Origin: Vitrella brassicaformis CCMP3155 | Taxonomy: Eukaryota > Protista > Chromerida | Assembly: GCA_001179505.1 (NCBI GenBank) | Contig: CDMY01000220.1 | Span: 98,667-162,666, forward strand | Direction of reading: 5' to 3' | DNA: 64,000 nt | Part shown: positions 22,639 to 34,630 of the stretch, piece after piece | How positions within the stretch are numbered: position 1 is the first letter of the stretch | Layout of the letters: every line of letters starts with the position of its first letter | The notes under the pieces: generated by a model | Databases searched by the model: none | Told to the model about the DNA's origin: nothing | Seen by the model: only the letters and a program-made list of their open reading frames with translations | Made by a program: the position numbers and the translations under genes

Positions 22639-25600
22639 ATGCTCCACAGCAAGCGGAGTGCGTCCATCAAGGAGAACCTCAGCAACCTGTGAGAAAACAC
22701 CTCACTCACCGACACTGTCCCAAGTTGTGTGCTGTGTGTTGTGTGTCTGGCCATCAGGCAAGTGGCAGCTGACTCCACGCTCTATGTCGCCAATCAAGTC
22801 AAAGACATCTCACCGCTACTCACGGTGCGCATCAGGCAGATGTCACGTCACTCACTGGTCACCTGCCCACTTGTGTGTGTGCCTGCCTGTGCTGTGCCCC
22901 CGTCTGGCGTGTCTGCCTGCAGCAATATCCTGCCTTGGGTCCATGTTTGCTGTCCAACTGCATGGGCCTCAACCTGGATGACCTCTACTGCTTCAGCTAC
23001 CAGCCACAGGCAGGCACACCACACCCTCACACACACACACACACACACAAACAGGAGAGGGCGATTCTTCATTCTCGATGGCTGTCTGTCGACCTTTCCC
23101 TCTCTCGCGTCCCGTGCAGCATCGCATCGACCCGCTGCTGGATTCGCGTGGCCTCGTGAGTCCCCACCCCGACCACACCTTTGTAAACAGCCTCAACGCC
23201 GACAGCCACCAGCACCGCCCCTTCCACTCGCCCTCAGTGGTGCTCTCACGCATCAGCCACGCCAAGCCATCCATACTGCGTCGCAAGTCGTGGGCGCGTG
23301 GCGCCACACCGTGTGCCAGGGGTCTGCTGCCGACCATCCACGATGGGAGCAGCCATCACGACGATGACTCGAACAGTAGCAACAGCCCAGTGGCAGTGGT
23401 GTCACCACTGCAGCAGAAGGTGCTCGCCGCGGCCGAGAGGTTCGGCGCCGACGTCGTGGACAACACGTCCTCTGCGTCCCGTGGCCTGAGGCACGCAGCG
23501 ACCGACGACAATGTGGCGGCGGTGCCGCAGACGCCCATCTCGCTGGGGCTGCCCATCCGCGACAGGAGGTCATCTCTGCCGACGGGCCCGTCGTTCGGGT
23601 CGCTGCGTGACGACGACAGCGACGAGCCCAGGACAGATGACGCCAGGGCGCTGGAGAGGATCAGTGATTTGTCCAGCAACAACCCCATCAAGCGACCCAA
23701 CTTCAGGAGGTAGGTAGGGATGGATGGAGGAAGACCGAAACCGGCGGAAGCAGACGAGAAAGAAGCCTTTGTTTCGTTCATTGCTACTCACTCAGGTGCC
23801 CGGTGCCGCGTAGCGTGGCGGAGTTTCCTGGGCAGCTGCCTCTTGGGGCCGGGCCTGGCGGCTCCCTCCACACAGTGTCGTTCGTCCTGCCGACGGAGGA
23901 CCGGCGAGACCCCTCCGACAGGTCCACGTCGTCCCGCACGTCTGACGGCGACAGCGGCTCGTCGCCCACTGCCTCCACCAGCCCCACACAGCCATCAACG
24001 GCAGCCGATGCGCCATTCAAGACCTCCCACGCCCTGCATCAGTATGGGGGCGAGCAGGTGCCCAGCTCGCTGGACTTCAGCAGCGACCACTTCGTCGGTT
24101 TGTTCTCGCGAGAGGCGCGGCAGCTCAAGGGCCACGAGTGGCCGTCGATACCGGCGCTCAATGAGCAGATGGCGCATGTGATACTGCACAGCTGCCCGAC
24201 AGTGGCGTACCTGGGGAGCTGCAAGCACGAGCGGCTGACGGCCTGCTCCACCAGGAGGCGTGAGGATGAGGGGTGCAGCGGCGATGAGGACATGTGTGGG
24301 ATTGCGAGGGCCCCTTCTCCCTCACCTGAGTCGGATGCAGTGCAGCCACTGTGTCTGGACCAGGTATGTACGCAACCACCCACATGCCGAACAGCCCGAC
24401 AGATGCACACACAAACTTGTATGTGATGTGATGGTCAGCGATGGTTTTGCCGTTGGGTGCTGGTGCGCAAGCAGCGCATCAGTGACAGCGCCACCAACCC
24501 CACATACCTCTTCCGGTTCGCGTCGGTCCACGCCACTCGCTCCCTCCAGATAGCCGTCGGGCAGCACGTGTGTGTGCGGCTGTGGAGCCGCCACCAGCAC
24601 AAGTGGGTGGAGAGGTACTACACCCCCATCTTCTCGTGCTGCCCCACCCTGGCCTGCTCCACCAGCCCACTGGTCAGGCGACACGTGGGGGCCGCTGACG
24701 CCCCTCAGAGCCCACCCAGCCCTCCAGCAGAGCTGCCGGTACGGATGGACACAGACACGGACATATCGTATCGCACACACCCCATGGATGTCTGGATGCT
24801 GTGGCGGGGTGTGTGCAATGCAGCTGGGCGGTAGTGTGCCGGTCGGTTTGGAGATCGGGTCTTCGGACCAGTCGTCTGTGCGGCGTCCCCTGCTGTCGTC
24901 TGCGACGTGCGACGCCACTCCGGCGAGCACGAGCGGCAACACCACCTGGTCGCATTGCGACATCCACGGGTGCGAGAGCAACTCGAGCAGGGAGACCGGC
25001 GACATGGCCGAGGCACCTGCTGACGGAGGGGAGGGGGTGGAGGAGGAGCTGCAGCCGCCTGATGCCGATGCAGCGGCGGACCATCACAGCAAGATGCGCA
25101 GTCGGAGCCACAGCGCGCCCCTGGGTGTGACGGCCACCATGAGCCCTGGGCAGCTGGAGTTGATGGTCAAGATCTTCCCGGACGGCGAGATGACCAGCCA
25201 GCTGCAGCAGCTGGTCCCGGGCGACAGCGTCCAGATCAAAGGGCCGTTCGGCATAGACCTCATGGCCAACCCCCTGGAGCAGCCGTGGCGGCGTGTGCTG
25301 CTGGTGGGTGGGGGCGTGGGCATCACCCCACTCCTGCAGATTCTGCAGCACGCCTTCACTCACTGGCACCTGCCGACGCGCGACCCCTCCCAGCCCCCCT
25401 CCGCCCCGCCATCACTCCCGCGCGACTGCCCGGCCATTCTGTTCGTGCAGATCGAGGACACCGAGGGCGATGTGGCGCTGCAGGATGAGCTCGACCACTT
25501 GGCCAAGGTGCACCCCACCTTCATGGTGCAGCGGCACGTGCTCCAGCCGTCCGGTGACGGCGAGGGCAGCGGCCGGTCGGGCGGGTCGGGGTCGACGGAC

Positions 25601-25879
25601 GCCAAGAAGAACCCTTTGACCAAGGCGATCTTCGATGGCTACCTGCAGGTGGGTGCCTCAGTGTGAGGGAGGGGGGCGGGGGATGCGGCTTTGGTCATAC
25701 TAGGTCCATTATGTTGTGTGTTGTGTGTTGTGCAGCGTCTGTGGTCGGTGGTGGGTGGCGAGGGCATGCGTGGCGCCCGTGACAGGGCCTTTATCTGCGG
25801 CCCTTGCCCCTTCCAGAAGTACATCGTGTCGCTGATGGACCCGGACGTCATCTCGCCCAAGTGCATCTTCACCATCTGA
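22639..25879 (+). CDS. NADH-cytochrome b5 reductase-like flavoprotein with an N-terminal degenerate cytochrome b5-like domain and long low-complexity inserts
   Basis: LFRFA..SLQIAVGQHV..ERYYTPI, LELMVKIFPDGEMTSQL, VQIKGPFG, LLVGGGVGITPLLQIL, AFICGP...SPKCIFTI*. The N-terminus VANQVKDISPLLTQYPALGPCLLSNCMGLNL resembles the b5 core. Confidence 0.8.
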
Positions 25880-28017
25880 TGGATGGATGGGTGTATGTAT
25901 GTATCGTGATGAATTGATGTGTTGATGTTTCTCGTTCGTATATGGGCATGTGTAGGGGTATTTTGCGGTGTGCGCGATGGATGCGATGCGATGCGATGCG
26001 TATGTTAGCCAGCCAGCCAGCTAGCAATCGACCGGAGCGAGAGCCCACAAACACTCACTCATACTCACTCACACTCACTCGCTTGTTCACCTAACTACAT
26101 GTGTGTGTATAGTCAGTCGGCTCCCGAGTCTCTTGTGTGGTTGAATGTGTACATGTATGTCTGTGGGTGGGTGGGGGATATTTCTTCTCTGCGTACTTGC
26201 TGCCTGTTTCTTTGCTTGCTTGCTTGCTTGTGTGTCCGTTGTGTGTGGGGGGTATTTCCTTGTACCTTGTATCCTTGTATTCTTGTATTCTTGTCCAGCC
26301 AGCTACTGCGCGACAGCACAGAAATCCTTTCGCGACGCCACTCACCCATCCCATCCCCCGCTGTGCTACCTACCTACCTGTCTTGTTCGAGACGTGTCCA
26401 TCAGTGCAGTCAGTATTTTGTTTTGCTCTGATTATTTTACTGGGGCAAGGGTGGGTGGGTGGGTGGAACTCTATTCCTCCATTCTTTTCAATGTCTCGTT
26501 CGTTGTGTCTACCGACACGCGCTTCACGGGCTTGTTCCTTTCTTCTTTGCTGGCTGGTTTTCCTTTATGACGTGTGTGTGTGTGTGTTCCTCCTCGATGG
26601 GATGGCTGCCTTTAGTCAGTGAACATGACAGTGCGCTGCGCCCGCTCTCAGGGCTGGTGCCTTTGCATACACCATGACATGACACCTTACTTTCTTACAG
26701 GAAGAGCCACAGTATGGGCTCTTTTTCAATCGCACGCATGACTGTCAGGTCAGTGGGACACAAAATTACATTCATACCCACTGCTTCGTTTGTGTACGTA
26801 TCGGCGTACACCTGGGCCAGCCTGGCCCAGCAATCAATGCATGGGCCGAGCCAGGCTGGGCTGGGCTGGCCCCCATCCAATCCATACCGCCTCCCCCCCT
26901 CCTCTGTCACCCCGTACGTGTGTACGGGTTTTTGTTGCTGCCGTGTGCGTGTGTGACGGGCCGGCTGTCACAACTATTTTTGCTGCATGGCCACCTCCCC
27001 TCTGCTCTTGTACTCCCTCTCTGTCTGTCTTTCTGACTCGCTTTCTAGCTGGCTGCCTATGTATGTGTGTATGTACGTATGTATGTCGTGTGGTTGACGG
27101 AATGCATCGTTCGATGTGCTGCTGCTTGGTGCTTGGCGAACGGATGAGATACAGCGCACACCACACACACCACACCACAGACACGGGAACTTTTTGCCAG
27201 GAAGCCACCTGCCCCACTCCCGATTGTGTGTGCGTCGGTATGTATGTTCCGGCTGCTATTCACTCGCTCCTTCCTTCCCTCACTCTCTCACTCACTGACT
27301 GGCTCTCTCGCTGACCCACTCAGTCATTCCCTTGCTGCCCAAGCCGTCCGTGTCCTTGACATTGTGCGGCTCTACATGGACGGACATGTCCGTGAAGTCC
27401 TACACACGAATTTTGCGTACACTGGCTGCGTAAACAGTCACAACTGCGGGGTGTGTGTCCTATAACTATGCGCGCTGTGCAATCTCAAATTTTGCCCGGC
27501 TGGAAGTGTGTCACTTGATTACACACACTCACATATCGACACGCACACACATCACATGGACGTGGACGTTGGCTGGCCACATGACTGACATGAATGGGTG
27601 GATGTCGGGTGCCCACCACTTCCGGTAGTGCATATGGGTGGGTGGTGTGGTGTGTGGTGGCTGTGGGCACACCAGCAGCTGGCTGGTGCCTGTGCGTGTG
27701 TTGGTTGGTGTGCAGCTGACGTAGCGTGGCGTACTACTGCTGTACATATTTTTGGGTGTGGTGTGTCGACCTGGACGATTTGCCCCTATGTTGGTATCGT
27801 TTGTGATCAACTCGTGAGAAAGACAGAGTGGGTGACCGACCGACCGACCGACCGTCTGCCTGTCTGTTTTGCTGGCTGTTTGCGGACATGATCGCATGCC
27901 GCGATGCGTTCAAGGCACGGCACTCACTCTCCCACTGGCGCTCTCTCTCTCCAAGCAATGCAAGCCATCCATTCATCCATGGCCGGCACTGCCACACTTA
28001 CACTCTCGCAGAGACAC

Positions 28018-31000
28018 TCAGACATCAAACTCCTCCGGCAGTGTGTCGGTTGACTTGAGCGACGAGAGAGCCAGGTAGGCCACCCAGAAGGACACGAGAA
28101 TCGCTGCCCCTGTCAGTTTGGACACCTTGGGGCCGCCCAGCTCACCCCCCAGCTTCGACCGACGCACAGCTAGCAGCACGATGCACGCCAGGGCGAGAAT
28201 TGTGAACACCTGAATAAAACACAGGCACATCTGTGCTGCAATGCCACGCACCAGCTGCCTGCATCCCATACATACCATAACGCTGAACCCGAGAGACCCA
28301 GCTGGCACGGCGAAGGCGCCATCAGGATATTTCTCGGCAATGTCGGGATACTCCTCCTTCCACTTGGCAGTCGACCCACGAGCACTCCTGACAGGCAACC
28401 ACCAACAGGCATGGTTGTGCGTGTGTCTCAGGTCTGGTTTCGTCCACGCACCAAACGAAGGATGCGATCATCCAGGGCAGCCCCAGGCCCAGGAACACGT
28501 TGACGGAATTGCTGTGCGGGACGACACGTAACGTACAGACGATGTCTCCAGACACGACACGTGTCCATCCAAAAATCATTTTGTCTGCACCTCACCTGCC
28601 GGTGATGTTGCCAATGGATGCGTCTGCGTAGGGGTCCTTCTGGGCCGCAGCCTTGCTCGCAAATGTATCGGGCAAACTGGATTGCATTGCAGGCATCCAC
28701 ACACGGGCCATGCATGACATGACAACCAACACTCAGCGTGGCTCCCTGTCGGTTTGTTTTCACCTTGTGCCGAGGGCCACGATGGAGATGGCGGTGATCT
28801 GATTCAAGACACAGGGGCAATCAGCAGCGCACGTGTAGCTAGCTGGTCGGTCAGTAATGCGCTTCAGTGGAGTGGATGTCTCGCCCATTACTTTACCTCG
28901 TCGGGGACGCCAACCACACAGCCGAAGAAACCTTTACCAACCAACGCACAGAGCGTGAGCGACAGAAGAAATGTAAAGGAAACCAGATTCCTCACTGGAC
29001 AGATCTTGTACGATGGCCGTGACCAAGCCTATCATCCTACATGGGCAGCCATCCACATACACGCACACACGCCACTTAGACAGCATTGAAGACGGAGACA
29101 TCTATTGGCGTGTGTGTCTGTGTGTACGCGAGTGAAGTGACGAAGCAGAGGTATCCGTTTGCGATCGAAGTCGGCGGGCACGTCACGCTAAAAATCATCT
29201 TCCTGCAGGACAAATGGCAGCCGACCGGCAGGCAAGTGATTTCAGCCGTGGGGCTGGCCATTCTCACTCACCATGGAAATGCTCTGAGTAAGGGAGACAC
29301 ACAGAAGGATGGATATGGGGTGTGCACGACTGCAGCGCAGGGCGCCTCTGCGTTTCGACGCTTACATGATGTGCAGAATCCAGTCGACACAGCTCGCCTC
29401 AGCCTAGGAAAACACACACCGACGTGCTCGCACACAGACAGGTACCCCCACCTGTCTGTCCCCACCTGGTCTTCAGGGCTTCCGTTGCAGTAGAGGTTGG
29501 AGATGAATGACTCCTTCCATTCCCTCCTGGCGGACCTGAGTGCGTCTATGTTGCAGCCGACGTAGGTCAGCATGTCCACGGGCGACCACACGTGCATCCT
29601 GTCCTCACTCAATATGTGGCACACTGCTATGCAACTGAGGCAGGCAGGCAGGCAGGCAGAAGCCACGAAGGGAGAAAGAATGGTGAGACACGCCCGCCCA
29701 CCAGCCATACCGGTCAGAGAAGCCGTCTTGGGTTGGGTCGAATGTCGCGCCGCCTTCCGCGTCAGTAATGATTACTGATCAAAGGAGGACACAGCAATGC
29801 ATTACAAGTACTCGTGCATCCTTTGCTCACCCCTGAAGGTCTCTGCTAGCTAGAGGGAGGACAAGACAACAGGGCAGGGGAGGGGGGGAGGGAGGGAGGG
29901 AGGGAGGGGGCGACGGAGGGAAAATGCAAGGGGGGGAGGGAGGGAATGTATTAATGCAAGCATCATGTGGATCTGCTAGTGTGCGCGTGCTGTACCTCAT
30001 AACTGAACGGCGGACAGACACAACACTTTGTAAGTTCCTGCTCCGACGTCATTGGGATGGGGTGGGTGTCTTGTGCCTTACTTGGGGTCATCGATGATGG
30101 GCACAAAGAGATGTTTGATGCACTCGCCAGGCGCAAAACACAACTCGCCCTGTCAACACGAAATGCGAAACGAGCAACCAGGCTGGAATAGTCTCTACCT
30201 CGATTGGTTCGTAGTCCATTCCGCTCTTGGCCGTCCCATCCTCAGTGTGGTAGTGACACGACAAATAGCCCTCACAACCCTGCACACACGTCTCGACAAT
30301 TAGTGGATTTGCCAAGCCATGGACACACTGACCCCGAATCGATGCACAGCGAACGTTGCGATACCCGCATCTGGTGAGCGGTGAAGAGAATGGAACCAGG
30401 TCGGCATACACGGTTTGCGATTGCCCAGCTCACCTTCCCTGATATAGACGGTGTCCTGAAGAAAGGCAAATACACTCTCCGCCGACACCTCTGGCCGCTC
30501 GACCGTCACCGTACACCTGCACGGACACCATATGTCATTCACGGAAGTTCCTATACGCCATACATACGCGGCAGTTCTGTGTGCGCTGAGCCGGTGGTGA
30601 CCTGGTGTGTGAACCGGCCATGACCATTGAGCCCGGCGGCGCCTCACTCGCCTCGGCAAGCACCACCTGAAAGCTCGGCGCATGGTCCCCATCAGGACCC
30701 TGCAGGCATGAAACCACACACATGTGCGAGACGCACGAAGCACCGTGTAGGGCGGAGTGAGTGACAGAAAGACCATGATATAGTTGCTGCCAGCGGTGGG
30801 CCCCTCTGTCCTCTCCTGTGTCTTGGGTGCCGAGTGGAGGGGGCTACTGGGTGCATGGGTGGGAATGTGCACTTCAACTTCCACCAAGTCGTCCCCTGGA
30901 TTGAATGAGAGAGTGCCGCACGGAATCGGCACAAAGTCCCTGACCGTGCACAGAGACACGGGGACAAATGAGGCGGAGAGTCAGCTAGGTATGGGTTGGA

Positions 31001-34000
31001 GCCTTTGTACCTTCCTGGCTTCGCCGTCACTGAATACGCCAGACACATAAAGAGAGCAGGCAACAAGGGAGTACATGTCTAGATCTTGCCGGCCTTACGA
31101 GCTTTCGTGAAGAGGGAGCATCCCACCGTCTCACTGAGGTTCTTGCTGCGCCTCTTTACCTGCAGGAGAACACAGAAAAGTCTTCAACATATCTCATCAT
31201 ATATGTAGAGACACACACATACCTTGACTTTGGCTGTGGGCACGTCGGAGGACACCCGGAGGCTGGGCTGTGCGAAGTATATGCTGTGGACCTTCTTGGT
31301 ATTGAAGGCCTTCTTCGCATCTTCGTATGACGGGAATGGTTTGCCGTTGTCGGTGAAGCATGTGCGATAGAGAGACGCCGCGGTGGACGGACCAACCAGG
31401 CCCTGATGCACACATACATAAATGCACTTACTGACTCGTTTACGGGCACCGCTCTTGGTGTCTCCGCTTGCCTTGAAGGCTGTAACGGCATTCAGGTCAT
31501 TCCCCCCTTGTGCCATCACCTGTCACACCACACACCAAAGAGCAGGCAGTAAGAGGCCTCGACATCCACGTTGACGGTCACCCACATCGAAGAGTCCCTT
31601 CCATGAGTGTCCGGTGCACTTGGACATCAGTTGCCGCTCGCGCACCGTCTGCAGAAATGACCGCAGCGATACCATGCTGTCTGCAGGGCACAGAAAAGGA
31701 CAGCGGGTATGACAGTGCATGGTCTCCGTTCGTCTCTCCGCATTTCACCTTCTGCTTTGGCCCGGTCCGTCGCGCTGCTGCGGCTGAGCTGAAGGCAATC
31801 TGCATCCAGTAAGCAAGCACGACACAAACACCCTCTTTGTGGCCGCAAATTCGAAAAAAATGACACCACTGCACCGTTGGCGATGTCTTGTCCTTTCGGC
31901 ATCTCAAGCACGTGAGCAATGCGGCTTACGTCGCTCGCACTCGTAACTACATCAAAGCGGGCACACGTCACATTCACAAGGATGCACCTCAGCCATTCTG
32001 CTGTATTGGTACATTCTGATGATTCGTCTGTGGAGAAGAGTCCAAATGCCCACACACATTCGGCGACCTGATCCAGTGAGAGCACGGTCCTCTCTTTCGG
32101 GGCTTCCGGCGGCAACACAGCGTGCTTCTTGCCACCCGTCATGCGCCTGATACTCTCACGCTGCAGGACACATAAGGCACACACGCCCCATGCATGTGCG
32201 TATGTACGCACCTATGTATGTGTGTGCATTTATGTGCATGTGGCCAGCGCACCCACTCGGTATGAGAGGTAGTTGTGCGTGGCTGCGGCCCCGAGGTTCG
32301 CACCCTCATCGTGCAGGCTCGACGGAGGACGGCGGAGCGACTCGAAATGCGCAACAACTACATACATTCATATTGACACTTCAATTGCGACTCCGATCCA
32401 GGCCGATTGCCTGCCTTACTTGGTTCTTGTGTGGTGTCTTCTTCAATGATGGGCAGTAGGTCTTTGGTGTCTGTCGTTACCGCCCGCCGCGCAAACAGAT
32501 GCTCGATGTCTGCGGCAATCAAGAGAGGACAAAGCATGGACCATCTTTTGGTGCCACGGTCTATGTGTCAACCTGATGTGGATGCAAATGCGGCGGCCGA
32601 TGTGTGGTCGTCTGTCGTGTATTGGGTATTGACCGACCCAACGGAGCATTGATCCGAGTCGCGCTGCTGCGCGTTGCGACCCACAAAACCAACCTTCTTC
32701 TGCTCATCAAACCAAAGAAAAAGAGGGAATCAATCGAGGCAATACGCGCCTGTTGTGTCCAGATTGCCCGGCTCACCTTTTCTCTGATCAATGAGAACGG
32801 ATCGTCATCACAGTCAATCAGTCGATGAGTCAGAAGAATGGGTAGACTGCTCCCCTCCTACTACTTACTTAAATGAGACGGCCACCTCCGCCAGCACATC
32901 CGCGGCCGCCTCATCTGTTGGTTCGGCGACCGTCTCAGCGAGTGCCTTTTTGCCGGCATTCCGCCTTGTTGGCAGCCAGAGAGTGAAGTAACCTGGGCAG
33001 ATGAGTACGTGTGTACATTTCATGTACGTGTGTATCTGCAGAGACGTGACGTCATTTACTAAACGGTCGCCCCCCTACCTTTGTCTGCCATGAATGCCAG
33101 CGTCACCAGCATCGGAAAGAAAATGAAAGTCAAGACACCTGCAAGCAGACAGGACACAGTCACGTTGATTCATCTGTATGTCAATCGTGGGAGCTTTTAC
33201 CCTCCCACGGCTCAACAACATCTGGCGACGATCCCTTGAGAATGATCAGCAGCCTGCAATGGACGAACGTAGATACGTGTGAGACACAACAAAGACCAGT
33301 CGCTTACCAGAGGTATGCGAAGATGGAAGCAGACGCAGTCACTGCATAGACCCCCACGTCCTTGATCTTGCGGATCTGCACGCAAAGCAGTTGACCCACA
33401 GAGAGTACATATGTGTGAAACACAGCAGTAGGCTCTATTGTATTGTATTGTATGCACTCACCTCCCCTGCTGGGATTGACATGATACACACTGCAGATAT
33501 CACCTGCATGTACGCACCAACAGACACAGCACACGCACCACACGTCTCCACACGACTGCGCAGCTGCATGCTCATGCTCTCTGGCCGTCCAACGTATGTC
33601 ACCGGTACCAGTAGATTAAACCTGGCGGAGCAGTAGATAAATTCCACTAGCTGCCCATGACATTGATGCGTGTTCCCCTGCTTACGCGGCTGATCCAACG
33701 ATGGTCGACGGCCCCAGCTGTCCAGTGTAGAACTCCTGCAGGACCACAAACAATTCGGCAGGCTGGTCTCGGCGTGCAGCCGTGAGGCACTGACTCACTG
33801 CCTGACCCTCGAGTATATCTCGATGACGGACAGGAGTATCTCGGGGGCGGACGAGCCCAGGGCCATGAGGGTCAGGTTGGCCACCGTGTCGTTCCACACC
33901 TTGACGTGGAAGCGCCTCTTGTAGCCAGGCGCCACCTCCTTGACCACCGGACGAAGAGAGGACGTTATTACCTCTATCGAACCTGCGAACCCAAATTCAA

Positions 34001-34306
34001 AAGAACCACGCTGTTCTCGATGGCAGGGGTCCCTGCGGGGAGGGATTGTGCTCACCCATGAAGATGTCTGCCACTGAACAATCAGCCCGATAGAGAGAGA
34101 AGGAGACTTCCACGTGGTCGTTCCTTTGTTCTGCTTTGGGGCACGTGTTCGTGTGTGCCGTGCCTGTATGTACCGATGGCGATGCCGAGGAACATGTATA
34201 TGTTGCCCGCAAGGTAGAGCACGGCCCGGAGTGCGTTAGGCCACCTCTGTTCGGCATCTCCGAACACCGGGAGGAAAATGCCCTCTGGACACTCTGTGCT
34301 ATCCAT
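28018..34306 (-). CDS. NCX: Na+/Ca2+ exchanger (NCX-type CaCA family) with two Calx-beta domains
   Basis: Alpha-1 repeat [27 protein letters not shown] and [14 protein letters not shown]; alpha-2 repeat [13 protein letters not shown] and [25 protein letters not shown]; Calx-beta signature [12 protein letters not shown]; C-terminal ELGGPKVSK...[14 protein letters not shown]. Confidence 0.93.
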
Positions 34307-34630
34307 GATCACAGCCGCGCAATCGCCGAGTCGGTTGGCGGAGCTACAACGCTCGGGTAACGGTCACGATCGACCCCATGTTCGTTCGTTCGTTCGTTCG
34401 TTCGTTCGTTCACACCCCCATCCCTCCAGTCTTTGCAATTCCATGAACGTTCATACTCATACACAGCTTGACTCTCTCTCTCTCTGCATAGATCCGTACT
34501 CATCACACTCAGACTTCTTCTTCTCTTTTCACATCGGCTTCCTGTCCATCTTGGCAGACGTGGCACTTGGACAATCACACTGTGACGGGACTAAAAATCG
34601 ACTAACACTTTCGTTTGCTCTCTGCCTGCC

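Noticed and set aside
24322-25369. Long antisense ORFs opposite the b5 reductase exon
   Set aside because: Expected shadow ORFs of a GC-rich coding exon, with no motifs.
26580-27500. Possible small gene between the b5 reductase and NCX 3' ends
   Set aside because: Short exon-like pieces give no consistent frame or recognisable product; the region is dominated by microsatellites.
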